DNA from: Caldisericia bacterium
GTDB lineage: Bacteria > Caldisericota > Caldisericia > JAAYUI01
Length of the DNA: 64,000 nt
Assembly: GCA_963674785.1 (NCBI GenBank)
Contig: OY771555.1
Span: 1,952,001 to 2,016,000, forward strand
Direction: 5' to 3'
Shown here one piece after another: positions 18,286-27,431 of the stretch (positions are counted from its first letter, which is position 1; each line of letters opens with the position of its first letter). The notes under the pieces were generated by a model. It was not told where the DNA came from and did no database searches. It saw only the letters and a list, made by a program, of their open reading frames with translations. Position numbers and translations under genes: made by a program.

Positions 18286-18453
18286 TTATTTTTTCTCCGG
18301 TGTGTCTTCAAGCCCCTCTTTTAAGTCGTCTCCAACTTTCTTAAACTCATCAATTCCTTTTCGAAGCGACCTTGCAAATTCTGGAATCTTGCTAGATCCA
18401 AACAAAACCAACACAATGGCGAGAATAATTATTATCTCTTTTGCTCCAAACAT
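18286..18453 (-). CDS. tatA: Twin-arginine translocase TatA (55 aa, absent from ORF track)
   Basis: Translated by hand: MFGAKEIIIILAIVLVLFGSSKIPEFARSLRKGIDEFKK...; GAGGTG SD; directly upstream of tatC. Confidence 0.93.
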   Translation of the reverse strand: MFGAKEIIIILAIVLVLFGSSKIPEFARSLRKGIDEFKKVGDDLKEGLEDTPEKK

Positions 18454-18471
18454 ATCTTCACCTCGAGAGAC

Positions 18472-18499
18472 ATTTTACCCCCAAGAAAGGTTATATCAA
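18472..18499 (-). promoter_or_regulatory. tatAC-mtnP promoter TTGATA-N16-TAAAAT
   Basis: Hexamers read directly; 16-bp spacer. Confidence 0.65.
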
Positions 18500-18526
18500 G
18501 CAATACTCTTTGAAGGTTTGTTATAA

Positions 18527-18554
18527 TGGACAGAAAACATACCATCTCTATACT
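18527..18554 (+). promoter_or_regulatory. pruA promoter TGGACA-N16-TATACT
   Basis: Hexamers read directly; 16-bp spacer. Confidence 0.65.
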
Positions 18555-18588
18555 GTGAGTGTAAAAATCAACATATGGAGGAGTACCC

Positions 18589-20178
18589 ATGAGGATAGAT
18601 TTCATAAATGAACCATATCTGAACATGAAGAATCCAGATGAAAGAGCAGCAATGCAGGAAGCCATTGACTTTGTTCAGGCAAACCTTGGCCATCATTACC
18701 CTCTCATCATTGGTGGAAAAGAAGTCGAAACAGAAGGCAAAATCACATCCGTAAACCCAAGCAAAAAAGACGAGGTTACCGGAACATGTAGCAAAGCAAC
18801 AAGAGACCTCGCAGAACAGGCAATGCAGACAGCCCATGAAACATTTAAAACATGGAGCAAAGTTCCTGCACGCGAGAGAGCAAGCTACCTCTACAGAGCC
18901 GCAGGCATCATGAGAAGAAGAAAACTCGAACTCTCAGCCTGGATGGTTTTTGAAGAAGGAAAAAACTGGATTGAAGCAATTGCTGACACTGCAGAGGCAA
19001 TCGACTTCCTCGAATATTACGGAAGAGTCATGGAAGCAATGGATGGCCCAATCGACATCCCAGCAATCCCTGGCGAAGAAAATAACTACTGGCTGATTCC
19101 ACTTGGTGTTGGCGTCGTTATCCCACCATGGAACTTCCCACTTGCAATCCTTGCAGGTATGACAACAGCAGCAGTTGTTACAGGCAACACTGTTGTTCTT
19201 AAGCCAGCTTCAATCTCAACAGTTATTGCTGCCAAATTCATGGAAGTCATGCATGAGGCAGGAATTCCAGATGGCGTAATCAACTTTATCCCAGGTTCAG
19301 GTGGAGAGATTGGCGATTACATCGTTGACCACAAATACACAAGATTCATCTCATTTACCGGTTCAATGGAAGTCGGAAAACGTATCAACGAAAGAGCAGC
19401 AAAAGTAAATGATGGTCAGATTTGGCTTAAACGTGTTGTTGCTGAAATGGGCGGAAAAGACACCCAGATCGTTGATGCAAACTATCATGACCTCGACTTT
19501 GTTGCAGAGCAAACAATCGCAGCAGCATACGGATTCCAGGGACAGAAATGCTCAGCATGTTCAAGGATCATCGTTGTTGGTGATGAACAGCATGACAAAC
19601 TCGTCGAAAAACTTGTAGAGAGAGCAAAGAAAGTCAAGATGGGTGATGTCAGAGATGGTGATAACTGGTTAGGCCCAGTCTCATCAGCAGACGCATACAA
19701 AACAATTACCGAATATATTGAGATCGGCAAAAAAGAAGGAAAACTTGTTGCTGGTGGAAAATATGATGATTCAAAAGGTTACTTCATTGAACCAACAATC
19801 ATCGACGAAGTTGACCCAATGGCAAGAATCTCACAGGAAGAAATCTTTGGGCCAGTCCTTGCAGTCTTTAGAGCAAAAGATTTCGACCACGCCCTCGAGA
19901 TTGCAAACAACACAATCTATGGTCTCACAGGTGCAGTCTTCAGCGACACAGGTGCAAACCTTGAGAGAGCAAAAAAAGAATTCCACGTTGGAAACCTCTA
20001 CCTCAACAGAAAATGCACAGGTGCACTCGTTGGTTCACAGCCATTTGGCGGATTCAACATGTCAGGAACAGACTCGAAAGCCGGTTCATTTGAATATCTC
20101 TCACTCTTCATGCAGGGAAAAACAAGCTCCGAGAGACTCGACTCAGTTCGCTTTGCTGAGTTCCTTGGAATGATTTAA
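18589..20178 (+). CDS. pruA: L-glutamate gamma-semialdehyde (P5C) dehydrogenase
   Basis: PPWNFP, FTGS, AEMGGK, FQGQKCSACSR, EEIFGP, GNLYLNRKCTGALVGSQPFGGFNMSGTDSKAG. Confidence 0.93.
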   Translation: MRIDFINEPYLNMKNPDERAAMQEAIDFVQANLGHHYPLIIGGKEVETEGKITSVNPSKKDEVTGTCSKATRDLAEQAMQTAHETFKTWSKVPARERASYLYRAAGIMRRRKLELSAWMVFEEGKNWIEAIADTAEAIDFLEYYGRVMEAMDGPIDIPAIPGEENNYWLIPLGVGVVIPPWNFPLAILAGMTTAAVVTGNTVVLKPASISTVIAAKFMEVMHEAGIPDGVINFIPGSGGEIGDYIVDHKYTRFISFTGSMEVGKRINERAAKVNDGQIWLKRVVAEMGGKDTQIVDANYHDLDFVAEQTIAAAYGFQGQKCSACSRIIVVGDEQHDKLVEKLVERAKKVKMGDVRDGDNWLGPVSSADAYKTITEYIEIGKKEGKLVAGGKYDDSKGYFIEPTIIDEVDPMARISQEEIFGPVLAVFRAKDFDHALEIANNTIYGLTGAVFSDTGANLERAKKEFHVGNLYLNRKCTGALVGSQPFGGFNMSGTDSKAGSFEYLSLFMQGKTSSERLDSVRFAEFLGMI

Positions 20179-20187
20179 AAGACATCA

Positions 20188-20213
20188 TCATTCCCGACTC
20201 CGATCGGGAATCA
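20188..20213. repeat. REP-like palindrome
   Basis: TCATTCCCGACTCCGATCGGGAATC, resembling the widespread GTCATTCCCG..CGGGAATCC extragenic palindromes; single copy in window. Confidence 0.55.
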
Positions 20214-20230
20214 AGGACTTAAGAAAACCC

Positions 20231-20260
20231 AAAGGCGACAGAATATCTGTCGCCTTTTTT
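20231..20260 (+). terminator. pruA terminator
   Basis: AAAGGCGACAGA-ATA-TCTGTCGCCTTTTT. Confidence 0.9.
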
Positions 20261-20309
20261 AATAATTACCTTAACTGTCTTCTCATAAACAGAACTCAGG
20301 AAGCAACTC

Positions 20310-20745
20310 ATGCTAGGAAGATTGGATTCAACATACAGTATTTTCGAAATGTTTGAAGGATCTTCGGAAAATATTACATCTGGTGAAGGCAAATAACAAC
20401 TGGAATAAACAATTAAAGCATTAAATCAAACCTCGACGTTCCAAGATACGACATCGCTCGCAGTCAAAATATCCTTTGTGCAACAACAATCGAGATTTAA
20501 GATTAATAAAATTGGTGACTAGTTCTGTTCTGTGCCAAGGATTTGGATATCGGTAAAAATAATAAATACCCAAACAAAGACAGTCGCCACAAAAGCATCG
20601 CTCAGAAACGCTTTAGGTAACAGAAGATGTTTGATTCAGATAAGTGACTTTATGGGTGAAAGTTCAATGAAAGCCAGAAAAAGTAGGCGAATTTCTCCAA
20701 AAAACCCATGATTCGCGAATTATTTTTGCAGACATTTGGGAAGCA
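20310..20745 (+). pseudogene. Degraded SOS response-associated peptidase (SRAP/YedK family)
   Basis: Collinear remnants MLGRL (cf. MCGRF), PRYDIARSQNIL (20441), W*LVLFCAKDLDIG (20513), IINTQTKTVATKASLRNALGNRRCLI, FADIWE (20725); several stops and frameshifts. Confidence 0.75.
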
Positions 20746-20890
20746 CTCGAAAAGATTATGGTTTCAAAAAACCCATTGATATTGAATATTATCCTGTTTC
20801 CTCACTTTATAATTCTCCAAAAATAATGTTCGTGAGTATGTTTTGAAACTCAAATAAAACCCATAAAATAATAAATCCGAATTGTATGTT

Positions 20891-20918
20891 TTGATTCAGT
20901 GTCGAAAGAGTATAGAAT
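20891..20918 (+). promoter_or_regulatory. Promoter TTGATT-N16-TAGAAT
   Basis: Upstream of AGGAGG SD and ATG 20941. Confidence 0.65.
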
Positions 20919-20940
20919 GTTACTTGATAAAGGAGGCGAC

Positions 20941-22066
20941 ATGGGCGATAGATTTTATAGCAGAATTGGTAATGAAATTACAGAATTATCCGAGGAAAAA
21001 TACATGGACGAGAGTGAACTTCAAGAATTAATTGCCGGAAAACCAGAGCTAATAATCCCAAAAGATGAGAATTATAAACTACTGCTTATTTCAAGAGAAA
21101 TGGGGATACCCGATCAGCTACAAGGTGGTAATAGGTGGTCAATTGATCATTTCTTTGTTGGGGATGACGGAATACCAACCTTTGTTGAAGTAAAACAAAG
21201 TTCAGATTCAAGAATTTACAGGGAAGTCGTAGCCCAAATGCTGGATTATGTCTCAAATAGTGCTAAATATTTGACTGAAGAAATGCTCATCGAAAATCTT
21301 TCAAAAAGATTGGAATCTAAAAATATAAGCCCTAAAATAAAAATGAAAGATTTTCTCTGTAACAAAGATGTTCAATTATTCTGGAAAAAAATTATTGAAA
21401 ATCTCCGAGATGACTCAGGAGAAGTAAGATTAGTCTTTGTTGCAGATAAAATTCCTCCTGAACTCAAAACAATAATTGAATTCCTAGAATATAGATTTTA
21501 TGGGATATTTGTTTATGGTGTTGAAGTAAAGAAATATTCAGAAAACCATTACTCAACAAGATTCACAAGATTCTTTGATGAACTTAATTCTGAAAAACCC
21601 AGCAAATCAATAAGGTGGAATGAAAATTCCTTTTTGCGATGGAGTGATAGATAAAAACAATCAGGAGCTCTATAGTTCGGTGATGAAACCAATAATCGAA
21701 TGGGTATCAGGCAATGCTTTCAAGGATGATTTCGGTCGGGGAATCAAGGATGGTTCATACTCACCTTACATCCAAACAAATGACGATTGGTACTGCCCTG
21801 TTATCTACTGGACATATGGAAGGATCAATTTCCAATTCGAGAAATTGCTTGCAAGAAAGGGGTTTAAAAGCGAAAAGGAAAGATTGGAAATGTTAGAAAA
21901 AATCAACTCCATTCCAGGAGTCCAGATCGATAAAAACAGAATTGATGGAAGACCAGCCATCCAAATGGAAACCTTGATGAATAAGAACGCTCTAAAAAAA
22001 TTCATTGAATTTTTAGAGTGGTTCAAAAATAAAGTAAAAGCAATTGACACTGAATCGGAGGAATAA
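20941..22066 (+). pseudogene. PD-(D/E)xK (NucS-like) nuclease-fold protein split by a single-base frameshift
   Basis: ESELQELI, IDHFFVGDDGIPTFVEVK, REVVAQMLDY in 20941..21654; continues in 21620..22066; removing one T of T5 at 21631-21635 joins WNENSF to CDGVID. Confidence 0.7.
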
Positions 22067-22074
22067 ATTCAGTT

Positions 22075-23574
22075 TTATTCCTGATTCTTCAAAAACTCTT
22101 CTTTTGACTCAAGCAGTTTTTGGATACTCTCTCTTGGATGACCAAAAACTTCCACATGAAGTTCCTGTGTTTCTTTGAGATCAAGAAGAGTCAACTCCTC
22201 GTAGTCATCTCTGCCGAAGGAATCTGTTTCGGGGAAATATGCGTACCACAGATCACCATTTGGTCTGATCCAATCATCGCAGGTTTCGTCAATGGCGACT
22301 AATACTTTTTCTGCTTGAGTTTTAAACCGCTCGTATGGGGACATTTTGTATAACTCTAGGAAATAGTTGATCTCACATAATGCATGATTCAAAGACGTGT
22401 GCATCTGAACTCCGAGTGGCTCAGGTGTGATGTAATCATAAAAGAAAAACCCTTCACCCATCTGTGTTTTCTGGTCATCGTCAACTCTTATAAACTCATC
22501 ACCCAATTTTGTGGCAAGCAGTTTTGCATCAGGACTTCCAAGCTCTTCTGCACACTTAATCAGAAATCTGCTGCCATCTGTTGCAAATCGGGTATCGATG
22601 TAGTTGTTTGTCAAACCGTACCATCGCCAAAACATCAATGGAATAACCTGGCTTCTATGGTAACCACTTTCAGGCATCTCCTGAACAGCTGCCCTCATAC
22701 TTGTAAGAACGATATCAGTAAAAAGTCTGTTGGAAGGCTGCAAATACCAGGAGATAAGATTTTCTGCAGGATAAAAACCAGGGTTAAAATAGTAACAATT
22801 CTCCACAGAACCCTTGTAGTCGCCGACCCTTGTTGTATACCACCATCCATCTCTTCTAAGCATTTTTACAAGATTAAGGTCAGTTGCAATAAGTGCTTTA
22901 AGTGACCTTTTATTTTGAGTGTCAATGAGTCTTTTATCTGAAAAAACGATAAAACCCTCTTCATATTCGCTATCAGTTTGGGCAAGCTCAATTGTTAGGG
23001 TGATCTTATCTGGAAGGATAACTATTTTTCCAGTTGAAGCCTTCTTCACTTTTCTTTGAAGTGAAACCGGCTGATCTCTAAATCTTCCCGGGCAGGAAAC
23101 AAAAATCGACCTTTGCCACTCACCAAATTCAACAAATGTAATTCCTTCAGAAAAATCCACGACCATGTTCACATCGGCTGGGACATACTTTACCTCAAGG
23201 TCATCCTCAAGGTCGCTTGATCTCGAAATATACTTGTGTCTCCAGCATCTCCCATTGTTTGTTTCACCAGGGATAAGAAAATCGAAAGTCATGATTCTAC
23301 CAGGAGCATCTGGTTCCTGTCTGAAATACAAGAATATATCACCATTATTGAGCTTTTGCACCCAGACATTTGGCGAGTCACCAAAAGAAAAGGTCTCTTC
23401 GGTCAGGAAGGTTTCAAATTGATTACGCCCAACAACATGCGGTTTTATAATTACTCCATCTGATTTGGCAACCATCGAAACTTCTTGAATTGGGAAATCA
23501 GCACCACTTGGAACTTGAATTCCAATCACAAGAATTATGGTAAGAAAAATCAAAACAAATCTTCTCTTACGCAT
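22075..23574 (-). CDS. Exported hypothetical protein, possible alpha/alpha-toroid C-terminal domain
   Basis: MRKRRFVLIF signal peptide, start overlapping the ccmF end; DTRF, HTSLNH, DLWYAY motifs. Confidence 0.65.
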   Translation of the reverse strand: MRKRRFVLIFLTIILVIGIQVPSGADFPIQEVSMVAKSDGVIIKPHVVGRNQFETFLTEETFSFGDSPNVWVQKLNNGDIFLYFRQEPDAPGRIMTFDFLIPGETNNGRCWRHKYISRSSDLEDDLEVKYVPADVNMVVDFSEGITFVEFGEWQRSIFVSCPGRFRDQPVSLQRKVKKASTGKIVILPDKITLTIELAQTDSEYEEGFIVFSDKRLIDTQNKRSLKALIATDLNLVKMLRRDGWWYTTRVGDYKGSVENCYYFNPGFYPAENLISWYLQPSNRLFTDIVLTSMRAAVQEMPESGYHRSQVIPLMFWRWYGLTNNYIDTRFATDGSRFLIKCAEELGSPDAKLLATKLGDEFIRVDDDQKTQMGEGFFFYDYITPEPLGVQMHTSLNHALCEINYFLELYKMSPYERFKTQAEKVLVAIDETCDDWIRPNGDLWYAYFPETDSFGRDDYEELTLLDLKETQELHVEVFGHPRESIQKLLESKEEFLKNQE

Positions 23575-25678
23575 CAATCCTCTCAAGCTCAATAGTCTCT
23601 TTTTTCCTGTTTCTCATAATTAGTGCCCACAAAATACCAATCAGAATTAGAATCATACCAATCCAAACAAAAGAAATCAAATATTTGACAGAAAATGTAA
23701 TTGGCAACATTACAGTATTGCCAACATCTGGCCTCATGTCAGTGATTCTTGCTCGAACGTAGTCTTTTCCAACCTCTTCAAGATAAATAACAAGGTTTTC
23801 GGTTGGCTCAAGAAGTTCAGTTGTGTCGTCATTGTTTCTATCAAAAATTAATACCCAAGCATCATGTTCATCAGCTAAGGATACCTCAACAGATTTATCA
23901 TCGATGCTTGTGAGGAAAAGGGAGTATCCATTCCCATCAACAGATTCTCCAAGTGATGGAGCCATAAGGATTCCAAGTTCGGGTTTCCCAGGGGCAAGAA
24001 TTACATCTGAAACAATCCCACGCTTGATAAATGGTTCAACAACCCAACTTCCAGTTTTATCCATTATGCCAGTCAACTTAGCTTCGGTTACATTGTTGTT
24101 AACATCAGTAATCGAAACACTTGCTTCATAGTCTCCATTATCATTAACCAAACTGAAACTATTAAGAACCAAAGTACGATCAGCAATCACTTCGCTTTTC
24201 TGGTTGATCCTCAAAATATCTTGTTTGATAAACTGGAAATTTGAAGAAACTACAATCCCTACAATAAGAATCGAAAGACCTATGTGAGCAATGTTTGAAC
24301 CCCACTTTTTCCAACCTAAAGCTTTCATCTGCATCACATTTGAAACAAGCGTGAATGCAGAAAGGAAGACCAAGATAATAACAACAGGTATAAAGACACC
24401 AAGCTCATAGAGTAACCAGATTCCAATTATTCCAACAAGCATCGGCGAGATGAGTTTTTTAGGAAGGGAATCCTTTTCAGTTTTTCCCCACTTAAAAATT
24501 GGAGTGAATGCAATTCCAGCAGAAAGAAGAATCCCAACAGGTGCAAGAATTACTGAATAAAAACTTGTCGAAATGACTTGGTTAGAACCGATCAATTTTG
24601 TAATAACTGGCCAAAATGTGGCAACCAAAACGACAGCAGAGAAAATCAAAACAACAAGATTACCAGCACCAATCAGAAATGATTTGCTAAGCAGTGGCGG
24701 TTCTTCGGTTTTTTCAGCTTTGTCTTTCAGTTTCAAACAAACAAAAATTGAAGCCAGAACTGAAAGTATGAGCAAAATGGTCAGGATTATTGAGAGAGGT
24801 TGACCTGAAAATGAGTGGACTGAAACGTCTGATAGAATCCCTGATCTTGTGATGAAAACAGCAAGAACAATTGAAACAAAACTTGCAAGTGTGAATCCAA
24901 CTGTTGATCTGAGATTCTGTCTTGTATTCTTATTCCCCGGCAGTGAATGAAGGGCTGCAGAGAGGAAAAGCCACGGGATAAGTGTTGCATTCTCAACAGG
25001 GTCCCAACCCCAGTAACCACCCCATCCAATCACCTCATATGACCAGATTGCACCAAAAACAATTCCCACACCCAGAAACAACCAGGTTGCAAGAATCCAT
25101 GGTTTGATTTGGTCTCTCCATGAATCAGCGGATTGATTTTTGGATAAAGCAAAATTCAAAGTAAGGCCGAATGGAACAATCATGAGCGAATATGCGATAA
25201 AGGTTATTGGTGGATGACTCAACATCCAGAAGTTTTTCAGTAATAAATTTAGTCCCTGTCCATCTATGAATGATTTCGAAGACATTGCAAATGGATTCGT
25301 AAAAACAATCGATGAAAGAACAAACAACTGGAAAATAAGAACTGTAATCATCGTCTTTGAATCAGTTTTCTTTTTCAAAACCAAGAAAAGGAGAACAATA
25401 GAGATTATCGCTGACCAAAGGATTAGTGACCCACTATCACCAGCCCAAAGAGCTGATATTTTGTAAATCCAGGGAAGTGCTTTTTCAGAGTGATGGAACA
25501 CGTATCTGATTTGAAAATTATCAGAGACCAACGCCCAAATCATGTAGCCCATCATAAAAACTGAGATAATTGATTGACCGATTATCAATGGTTTAGACAA
25601 ATATCTTTTTGAAATAGAGATAATCGACGCAATAGTAAGAACAATTGTTAAATAAAGTAGAATATTTCCAATCATCAT
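23567..25678 (-). CDS. ccmF: Cytochrome c heme lyase CcmF
   Basis: LWAG..GS..LW, GLN.LL, HPP, WSY...GWGGYWGWDPVEN, ALHS, TRSG...VHSF. Confidence 0.95.
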   Translation of the reverse strand: MMIGNILLYLTIVLTIASIISISKRYLSKPLIIGQSIISVFMMGYMIWALVSDNFQIRYVFHHSEKALPWIYKISALWAGDSGSLILWSAIISIVLLFLVLKKKTDSKTMITVLIFQLFVLSSIVFTNPFAMSSKSFIDGQGLNLLLKNFWMLSHPPITFIAYSLMIVPFGLTLNFALSKNQSADSWRDQIKPWILATWLFLGVGIVFGAIWSYEVIGWGGYWGWDPVENATLIPWLFLSAALHSLPGNKNTRQNLRSTVGFTLASFVSIVLAVFITRSGILSDVSVHSFSGQPLSIILTILLILSVLASIFVCLKLKDKAEKTEEPPLLSKSFLIGAGNLVVLIFSAVVLVATFWPVITKLIGSNQVISTSFYSVILAPVGILLSAGIAFTPIFKWGKTEKDSLPKKLISPMLVGIIGIWLLYELGVFIPVVIILVFLSAFTLVSNVMQMKALGWKKWGSNIAHIGLSILIVGIVVSSNFQFIKQDILRINQKSEVIADRTLVLNSFSLVNDNGDYEASVSITDVNNNVTEAKLTGIMDKTGSWVVEPFIKRGIVSDVILAPGKPELGILMAPSLGESVDGNGYSLFLTSIDDKSVEVSLADEHDAWVLIFDRNNDDTTELLEPTENLVIYLEEVGKDYVRARITDMRPDVGNTVMLPITFSVKYLISFVWIGMILILIGILWALIMRNRKKETIELERIDA

Positions 25679-26031
25679 TCCTCAACTTTTTCTTCATATT
25701 TGCTTGGGCACTTCAACAAAATCGACTCTGCTTCAAAAAAATCATCTGTCCAAACCCCTGTAACAACACAGGAATCAGCCTGTTCGATGTTTGATGGAAT
25801 TTGATTTAAAAGCACCACTGGTAAAACTTCACCTTTTTCGCTGATAATGGAGAAATTGTTTCCAATGATTGAATCTTTATCAATGTTACCCCAAACCTGA
25901 ACTCTTTTTCCAGACATTGCTTCATTAAAATCTTGAGTGTATGGGGTTGAGGAAATCACAAACATCCAAATGGAAACCGTGACAAGAAGCACAACAATAA
26001 CAGCTCCAATAATTATACGCGTTTTTTTCAT
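25675..26031 (-). CDS. ccmE: Heme chaperone CcmE, Cys type (System I*)
   Basis: N-terminal TM segment; F.AESILLKCPSKYE (CxxxY replaces HxxxY). Confidence 0.92.
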   Translation of the reverse strand: MKKTRIIIGAVIVVLLVTVSIWMFVISSTPYTQDFNEAMSGKRVQVWGNIDKDSIIGNNFSIISEKGEVLPVVLLNQIPSNIEQADSCVVTGVWTDDFFEAESILLKCPSKYEEKVEE

Positions 26032-26034
26032 ATA

Positions 26035-26127
26035 TTATCGTCTCTTGTTCAATCTGATATTTAAAATCACAAGGTAAACAAATACACCAGCAAAAAGAGT
26101 TATTGATGTTATTAAAACAGCATTCAT
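26035..26127 (-). CDS. ccmD: CcmD-like small membrane protein (30 aa, absent from ORF track)
   Basis: MNAVLITSITLFAGVFVYLVILNIRLNKRR; TAATG overlap with ccmC stop; GGAGGA SD; canonical position between ccmC and ccmE. Confidence 0.8.
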   Translation of the reverse strand: MNAVLITSITLFAGVFVYLVILNIRLNKRR

Positions 26128-26765
26128 TATAATTTCTCCTCCATACCTTTATCAATCCTCACAGCCAAATCAAGAAGCAGAATAAAAATCAAAGTAAAAC
26201 CGATAAGCATTCCAGCAAGTCCTATCCACATTCCACCCGTTAAACCTCCTCCTCCAATTGACTCAGGATGAAGAGAGCTTGTAACTCGAGGAAGAATAAA
26301 GACCAAAAACGGAACCGTTAAAAACGCAATAATTGAATAAACCGCTGCGATTCGAGGTCTTAGTTTCGGTTTTGAAATCGAGTTTCTCAGCAATAAGTAT
26401 GCGGCATACATTATGATGAGTATAATAATTGATGTTTCTCTGGGATCCCAATTCCATGCAGAACCCCAGGTATAATAAGCAAAAACTGAACCTGTGAGTG
26501 TCGCAATAATAGAAAAAAGCAAACCGATTTCAACAGACCTATGTGCAAACCGATCATACTTCAAATCATTTTTGGTGAGAAACAATATTGACCCCACCAG
26601 AGAAACTGCAAAAGCAACAACCGCAATCCACGCAGACGGGATATGAAAAAAAATAGATCTGTAGGTTATTCCAATCACTTTTTCCACTGGCGAGTAAAGA
26701 ATACAGTAGAAAAGCGAAGGAATAATAACTATCGGAGTCATAATTCTCATTATTGATAAAATCAT
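26127..26765 (-). CDS. ccmC: Heme exporter CcmC
   Basis: IFFHIPSAW, WGSAWNWDPRET, SLHP. Confidence 0.93.
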   Translation of the reverse strand: MILSIMRIMTPIVIIPSLFYCILYSPVEKVIGITYRSIFFHIPSAWIAVVAFAVSLVGSILFLTKNDLKYDRFAHRSVEIGLLFSIIATLTGSVFAYYTWGSAWNWDPRETSIIILIIMYAAYLLLRNSISKPKLRPRIAAVYSIIAFLTVPFLVFILPRVTSSLHPESIGGGGLTGGMWIGLAGMLIGFTLIFILLLDLAVRIDKGMEEKL

Positions 26766-26768
26766 CTT

Positions 26769-27431
26769 CTATACACCCTTCTCAAGATATGGAAGGAATA
26801 AAATTCCTGTTATCAACACAGCAAAGCCTTGAGCCAAAACAACAACAAGAAGTGTAAACGAAACAGGACTAGATTCCAAGACTTGAGTTGTAATATTTAT
26901 AAGTGATATAAGTACCGGCAAAATAATTGGAAGAGCAACAATCGGGAAAACCGAACCTCTGGCAGCCCCCCTTGCGACCAAATAACTTATTATTCCCTGA
27001 GTGATACCAAGAGCAAAACTTCCAAAAACCATCACCAAAAACAAAACCGGTAGAACAGTCAATGATAACTTAAACCAAAACACTAGAAGTGTTGATACAC
27101 CCAAAGAGATCACTGAAATAAAAATCGAATTTGCGGAAACCTTACTCAAATAAATAACTGATGGTGGAACAAGTTGTCTCATCAAGTCTGCGGTTTTTTT
27201 TGTTTCCTCATCAAGAAAAATTCTCTGAGAAACCTCAGAACATGAAAAAAACAAAACCATCCATATCAGGGTTGAAACTGTAACCTCTGAAACAGAGATT
27301 TTTGACATTGGAAGCGCAACAGAAATACACATGACTACGACAATTCCAAATGCATATCCAATCAACATTCCACCTTTGAAAAGAAGCTTTATATCTTTGA
27401 CCAAAAGTGTCTTAAAGTTTGACCACAACAT
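26769..27431 (-). CDS. ccmB: Heme exporter permease CcmB
   Basis: Multi-TM; KD..L, F.DEE, YLSK, P..LP..LPV; synteny. Confidence 0.85.
   Translation of the reverse strand: MLWSNFKTLLVKDIKLLFKGGMLIGYAFGIVVVMCISVALPMSKISVSEVTVSTLIWMVLFFSCSEVSQRIFLDEETKKTADLMRQLVPPSVIYLSKVSANSIFISVISLGVSTLLVFWFKLSLTVLPVLFLVMVFGSFALGITQGIISYLVARGAARGSVFPIVALPIILPVLISLINITTQVLESSPVSFTLLVVVLAQGFAVLITGILFLPYLEKGV

Noticed and set aside
18302-18837. ORFs 18302..18526, 18432..18665 and 18568..18837
   Set aside because: Shadows of tatA, the promoter region and pruA
20513-20520. In-frame TGA as selenocysteine or recoding in the SRAP remnant
   Set aside because: Surrounded by TAA stops and frameshifts, and the position corresponds to Gly; all intact genes fit the standard code
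21620-21654. Programmed -1 ribosomal frameshift
   Set aside because: No X XXY YYZ heptamer or downstream structure, and the required shift is +1; a simple indel or error is more parsimonious
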